Positions 60,173-64,000 of a stretch of 64,000 bases of DNA are shown piece after piece. This DNA is from Thermomicrobia bacterium (GTDB lineage Bacteria > Chloroflexota > Chloroflexia > Thermomicrobiales > UBA6265). Position numbers and translations under genes: made by a program. The stretch covers positions 343 to 64,342 of the forward strand of contig JBIQLF010000003.1 in the NCBI GenBank assembly GCA_044464585.1. Direction: 5' to 3'. The notes under the pieces are model-generated. The model worked only from the letters and a program-made list of their open reading frames with translations, was not told the DNA's origin and made no database searches. The number at the start of each line of letters is the position of its first letter. Positions within the stretch are counted from its first letter, which is position 1.

Positions 60173-61027
60173 TTACATCAGGCTGCGCAGCATCTCCAGA
60201 TTCATCCGGTCCTGGGTGACATCGTCGTCCTTTGGCGTTTCCAGAATGCCGGGCAGCCCCTTCAGCCGCTCATCCTGCAGCAAAAAGCCGAAAGCGGCGG
60301 CGCCGATCGTGCCCTGCCCGATGTGAGCATGCCGGTCGCGGAACGAACCGAATTCCTTCATCGAATCGTTGAGATGCAGCACACTCAGGCGATCGAATCC
60401 GATGATCTCCCCGAATCGATTCATGGTCTCAGCATAGGCCTCAGCAGTACGCAGGTCGTATCCCGCGGCGAACACATGACATGTGTCCAGGCAAACGGAA
60501 ATACGCGAGGAGTCTTCGACGCCTTCGATGATCTGGGCAATCTCGTCGAATGTGCGACCGAGCGTGGTGCCTTGCCCGGCAGTCGTCTCGATCGACAACG
60601 AACAGGTTCCGTGCGGATGGCGATCGTAGATGATATTGATGGCCTCGGCGACCCGGGCGGCGCCAGCGTCCACTCCGGAGCCCATATGGGCCCCGGGGTG
60701 CGAGACCAGAAAGGGAATGCCGAGCTGGTCGCAACGTTCGAGCTCATACTGCAGCGCCGCGATCGACTTTTCCCAGGCGGCATCGTCGGGCGAGGCCAGA
60801 TTGATAAGATAAGAATCGTGCGCCACCACCGTTTTGATCGACGGATTCGCCTCGATGCCTTCCCGGAACCGTTCGATCACCATCGGGTCGAGCGGTTTCG
60901 CCTTCCACTGGTTGGCATTCTTGGTGAACACCTGAAACGCCGTCATTTCCAGAAAAGCAGCGCGTCCGATCGCCCTGTCGACACCGCCACTGGCCGATAC
61001 ATGGGAACCGAGCTCCAGCACGAGCAC
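60173..61027 (-). CDS. nfo: Endonuclease IV (AP endonuclease)
   Basis: LGSHVSASGG, VAHDSYLINLAS, SHPGAH, SIETTAGQG, LDTCHVFAAGYD, and LHLNDS. Confidence 0.95.
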   Translation of the reverse strand: MLVLELGSHVSASGGVDRAIGRAAFLEMTAFQVFTKNANQWKAKPLDPMVIERFREGIEANPSIKTVVAHDSYLINLASPDDAAWEKSIAALQYELERCDQLGIPFLVSHPGAHMGSGVDAGAARVAEAINIIYDRHPHGTCSLSIETTAGQGTTLGRTFDEIAQIIEGVEDSSRISVCLDTCHVFAAGYDLRTAEAYAETMNRFGEIIGFDRLSVLHLNDSMKEFGSFRDRHAHIGQGTIGAAAFGFLLQDERLKGLPGILETPKDDDVTQDRMNLEMLRSLM

Positions 61028-61129
61028 TCACCTCTACCGGCGAAAAGCAAACCCAGCGCCCTATGCTAGCATTCCCGACCGGGTGCTCTTTCCTGGCGGG
61101 TCGCTTGCTGCCTGATCCAGTCTTCCACC

Positions 61130-61912
61130 ATGCGGGATCGAAGGAACACGACAGCCATCACAACCCTCGCTTCGCAAACGGTGATCATACCTGCCTACAA
61201 CGAATCGTTTCGCATCGAGCAGTCGTTGCGAACCGTGCTCGACTATCTCGCGGATCAGCCATATCGATCCGATGTGCTGCTGGTGGACGACGGCAGCACC
61301 GACGACACCGCCGCCGTTGCCAGGCGAATCATGTCCAGGTATCCGAACCTGTCGGTGCAATCGATCCCGCATGGCGGCAAAGCCGCTGCCGTGCTCCATG
61401 GACTCGAACATGCATCCGGCCAGTTGATCCTCTTCGCGGATGCGGATCTCGCAACGCCGATCACCTATCTCGCATCCTTCCGTCATTCGATCGAACGGGG
61501 GGCGGACATCGTCATTGGCTCCCGCGAAGGCGCGACAGCCGCCCGTATCGGCGAGCCGGCATTCCGCCATTTCATGGGCCGTGCATTCAACGCGCTGGTG
61601 CGAATGCTGCTGCTCCCGGGCATTCACGACACCCAATGCGGATTCAAGCTCTTTACCGCGCACGCCCGGGACGAGATCCTGCCAAGATTGCGTCTCTATC
61701 GCGATCAAGGGGGACTTCAGGAACCAAAAGTCACCGCATTCGATGTCGAATTGCTGGTCGTCGCCCGGAGACTCGGGTTGCGCATCGAGGTGGCGCCAGT
61801 CACCTGGACGTTCGGAGAGCGCAGCAAGGTCAATCCAGTCGGGGACACGCTGACGAACATCTCCGATGTCCTCCACGTGAAATGGAACGATCTCCGCGGA
61901 CGGTATCGCTGA
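61130..61912 (+). CDS. GT2-family glycosyltransferase (polyprenol-phosphate/dolichyl-phosphate glucosyltransferase-like)
   Basis: VIIPAYNES, LLVDDGSTDDT, LFADADL (DxD), and TQCGFKLF. Confidence 0.8.
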   Translation: MRDRRNTTAITTLASQTVIIPAYNESFRIEQSLRTVLDYLADQPYRSDVLLVDDGSTDDTAAVARRIMSRYPNLSVQSIPHGGKAAAVLHGLEHASGQLILFADADLATPITYLASFRHSIERGADIVIGSREGATAARIGEPAFRHFMGRAFNALVRMLLLPGIHDTQCGFKLFTAHARDEILPRLRLYRDQGGLQEPKVTAFDVELLVVARRLGLRIEVAPVTWTFGERSKVNPVGDTLTNISDVLHVKWNDLRGRYR

Positions 61913-61938
61913 CCCCGCGCTATCCTGCCTTCGATCAA

Positions 61939-61968
61939 TTGCATGTACGTACACAAAGTACGTATACT
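61939..61968 (+). promoter_or_regulatory. Putative promoter TTGCAT-N18-TATACT with two GTACGTA direct repeats in the spacer
   Basis: TTGCAT at 61939..61944 and TATACT at 61963..61968. GTACGTA occurs at 61945..61951 and 61958..61964. This is an AT-rich patch 55 nt upstream of the response-regulator start. Confidence 0.45.
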
Positions 61969-62023
61969 GCACCATGCATGCAGCAGCATGGGCGTTCTAT
62001 CCGTTGGCTGGGGAGGAGCTGTC

Positions 62024-62740
62024 GTGCCGGGCACCCGCATTCTGATCGTCGATGACCACCCGCTCTTCCGGGTGGGAATTCGCAGCGGTCTCGAATCCTA
62101 TCCGGATTTGCAGGTGGTGGGTGAAGCGACCACGGCCAGCGCCACCTTCGAGATCGCCGATTCTGCTCTACCCGAGCTGGTGCTCGTCGATGCGCAGCTC
62201 CGGGGCGACGATTCCCTCGAACTGACGAGACAACTGAAACGCCGCCATCCGCAGATGCTGGTGGTGCTGATGACCAGAACGGAAGATGACGAGCAGCTCT
62301 TCCAGGCAATTCGGTCCGGGGCGGCCGCCTATATCTCCAAAGATATCGAAGTGGACGCATTGATCCACGTGTTGCGCAAGGTGGCGTCGGGCGAATACCT
62401 GATCAATGAGAGCGTTCTCTCCCGGCCCCATGTCGCGTCCCGCGTACTCCATCAGTTCCAGGAGCTCTCCGTTCTGGATGAATCGGTCGGTGGCGTCTTT
62501 TCGCCGCTGACGCGCCGCGAGATCGAGATCCTCGACTATGTCGCCCAGGGCAACAGCAACAAGGAGATCGCCTACCAGTTGCGCATCTCCGACCAGACGG
62601 TGAAGAATCACATTACGTCGATCTTGCGCAAACTGGCCGTCAACGATCGCACCCAGGCCGTCATCTGCGCGCTGCGCCACGGCTGGATCAAACTCGACGA
62701 ACCGGAAATACCAGAACCGCGCTTGCGCGCCGTACGTTGA
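62024..62740 (+). CDS. NarL/FixJ (LuxR-type) two-component response regulator, no adjacent kinase
   Basis: Start at GTG 62024 (GGGAGGAG SD). The receiver domain has ILIVDDHPLFRVG and the acceptor Asp in LVLVDAQL. The C-terminal HTH is LTRREIEILDYVAQGNSNKEIAYQLRISDQTVKNHITSILRKL. Confidence 0.85.
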   Translation: MPGTRILIVDDHPLFRVGIRSGLESYPDLQVVGEATTASATFEIADSALPELVLVDAQLRGDDSLELTRQLKRRHPQMLVVLMTRTEDDEQLFQAIRSGAAAYISKDIEVDALIHVLRKVASGEYLINESVLSRPHVASRVLHQFQELSVLDESVGGVFSPLTRREIEILDYVAQGNSNKEIAYQLRISDQTVKNHITSILRKLAVNDRTQAVICALRHGWIKLDEPEIPEPRLRAVR

Positions 62741-62748
62741 ACCGGTTC

Positions 62749-63519
62749 CTACAGATGGGCGCCCCCGGTAATATCGATGGCGGCGCCGGTCAGGAATTCC
62801 GCATCGTCCGAGGCAAGATAGGCAACCACCCGCGCCACGTCCTCTGGAGTCTCCATCCGGCCCAATGGCGTCTGTGATATGTATTCGTCCACCACTGCCT
62901 CGACCGTCATTCCACGCGCATCCGCCTCCCAGATCAGCTCTCGCTGCTGCATGGAAGTCGCGACATAGCCCGGGCAGACGCAATTCACCCGAATCCCAAA
63001 CGGCCCGAGTTCGCTGGCGCACGATTTGGTAAACCCAATACACGCCCATTTCGACGCCGCGTAATGCGCCAGCAGCGGGACTCCCTTCTTGCCGGCCATC
63101 GACGCCGTATTCACGATCGAGCCCCGCCGTCGCTCCATCATGCCGGGAATAGCGGCTCTCGTCACGATGAACACGCCTTTTGCGTTGACATCGAAATTGA
63201 AATCCCAATCCCGTTCGGTCAGCTCCCACAACGGCGCCATTGTGGACACTCCGGCATTGTTCGCCAGGATATCGATCGGACCGAGCTCACGTTCCGTCCG
63301 GGCAACCGCCTCGGTCGCGGACGCCAGCGAGGTTACGTCCAGTTGAATTGCCACCGAACCAGGCAGCGACTCCGCCACCGATCGGGCCGCATCGAGATCG
63401 ACGTCGGAGACCGCGACCCTGGCGCCGTCACCGGCGAACGCACGCGCGATCGCCAATCCGATCCCGTTGCCCGCGCCCGTAACCAACGCCACCCGCCCAT
63501 CGAGCCGTCCGGTATCCAT
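62749..63519 (-). CDS. Short-chain dehydrogenase/reductase (classical SDR)
   Basis: Start at ATG 63519 (GGAGAGGAG SD). ALVTGAGNGIGLAIA (TGxxxGxG), NNAG, the catalytic S...YAASK, and PG...T. Confidence 0.9.
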   Translation of the reverse strand: MDTGRLDGRVALVTGAGNGIGLAIARAFAGDGARVAVSDVDLDAARSVAESLPGSVAIQLDVTSLASATEAVARTERELGPIDILANNAGVSTMAPLWELTERDWDFNFDVNAKGVFIVTRAAIPGMMERRRGSIVNTASMAGKKGVPLLAHYAASKWACIGFTKSCASELGPFGIRVNCVCPGYVATSMQQRELIWEADARGMTVEAVVDEYISQTPLGRMETPEDVARVVAYLASDDAEFLTGAAIDITGGAHL

Positions 63520-63625
63520 CACGTCGTCTACTCCTCTCCGATTTTCCCGCCACACTGGTATTATCAGCGCGAGCAAAGTTTTCCAGAACCGTCGTGAAAA
63601 TGTACCCGCAAGCAACGCAAGTCGG

Positions 63626-64000
63626 ATGGCCGTGACGTTCGGGACGCCTTCAACGGAATATCGATCGAGATCAGCCCAGGGTATTTCCTGGACGCGCGCC
63701 GCCACCCATCTCGTTCTGATCGCGGCATGTCTGACCATCCTCCTCCCCGTTCTGTGGACCTTCCGCAGCTCCCTCGCATCCAACGACATGGCCTATCGGC
63801 CCGCCGATTTCTCCTTCACACCGACCCTGAACAACTACCGACAACTGTTCGTCAGTTTGAATTTCCAGCACAATCTGTGGAATTCGTTCTGGATCGCGGT
63901 CGTTTCCGCCTCGATCTGTGTGGCGATCGGCTCACTGGCAGCCTATTCCATCGCCCGGTTCAAAACGGGCGGCACTCCGTTTTCATTGACCATTCTGGGC
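63626..64000 (+). CDS. Carbohydrate ABC transporter permease (MalG-like), 3' end beyond window
   Basis: Not in the ORF track because there is no stop inside the window. My translation from ATG 63626 is MAVTFGTPSTEYRSRSAQGISWTRAATHLVLIAACLTILLPVLWTFRSSL...NLWNSFWIAVVSASICVAIGSLAAYSIARFK. This resembles the N-termini of MalG-type permeases such as 15330..16184. Confidence 0.7.
   Translation, partial: MAVTFGTPSTEYRSRSAQGISWTRAATHLVLIAACLTILLPVLWTFRSSLASNDMAYRPADFSFTPTLNNYRQLFVSLNFQHNLWNSFWIAVVSASICVAIGSLAAYSIARFKTGGTPFSLTILG

Overview
High-GC bacterial chromosomal window, densely packed with about 62 protein genes, 7 tRNAs, RNase P RNA and one TPP riboswitch. It is almost entirely core or housekeeping. 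I saw no CRISPR array, transposase, integrase or prophage block. Lineage cannot be proven from sequence alone. Strong GGAGG-type Shine-Dalgarno sites, frequent ATGA/GTGA/TTGA start-stop overlaps, Gram-positive-type GAAC-N4-GTTC SOS boxes, an MshA-like GT4 and a PPOX/F420-type protein suggest a Chloroflexota/Thermomicrobia-like or Actinomycetota-like organism (inference). Gene order, left to right: (a) a glycolipid/glycan cluster with an epimerase, two tandem GT28-TM-fusion paralogs and a secreted NodB deacetylase; (b) mntH, then a DsbA-like/CMD/AhpD-like redox trio, argG and pip; (c) a small accessory patch with a PPOX-type protein, a Tat-signal DsrE-like protein, a membrane peptide and an anchored beta-helix protein; (d) rpsD and mutM; (e) a sugar ABC importer divergent from uxuA; (f) HIT, yqeY, ybeY, cinA and a VOC protein; (g) a tRNA-Thr/tRNA-Leu/rnpB/tRNA-His/tRNA-Arg operon; (h) a TPR protein, a Trm112-like mini-ORF missing from the ORF track, ruvB, queA, an HD protein and a lipoprotein cyclophilin; (i) a LexA-box-controlled two-gene operon divergent from dnaN-recF; (j) tRNA-Gln, pcrA, dgt, dnaG and selA; (k) tRNA-Pro, tRNA-Arg and an MshA-like GT4; (l) TPP riboswitch-thiD-thiG-thiE-(tenI-like::thiS), then an ATL protein, secA and mnmG; (m) a phosphoesterase, usp and two trkA genes; (n) gdh and gatB; (o) nuoG-like/nuoI-like/aldehyde dehydrogenase; (p) nfo, a GT2, an orphan LuxR-type response regulator, an SDR, and the start of another sugar ABC permease. 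Most interesting observations: (1) A consensus-strength promoter (TTGACA-N17-TAGAAT) with a Cheo-type LexA box on its start site drives an SSAP/Rad52-like protein plus a 73-aa coiled-coil protein, with no phage context. (2) A 106-nt element is present twice (29020 and 52456), gap-free, about 83 percent identical, closed by a 12-bp terminal helix with a G-C to G-U change. I cannot assign it to any known RNA class. (3) rnpB is embedded in a tRNA operon only 7 nt upstream of tRNA-His. (4) ruvB has a near-perfect SOS box and looks leaderless. All coordinates of RNA ends, promoters and alternative starts are hand-derived and may be off by a few nt.
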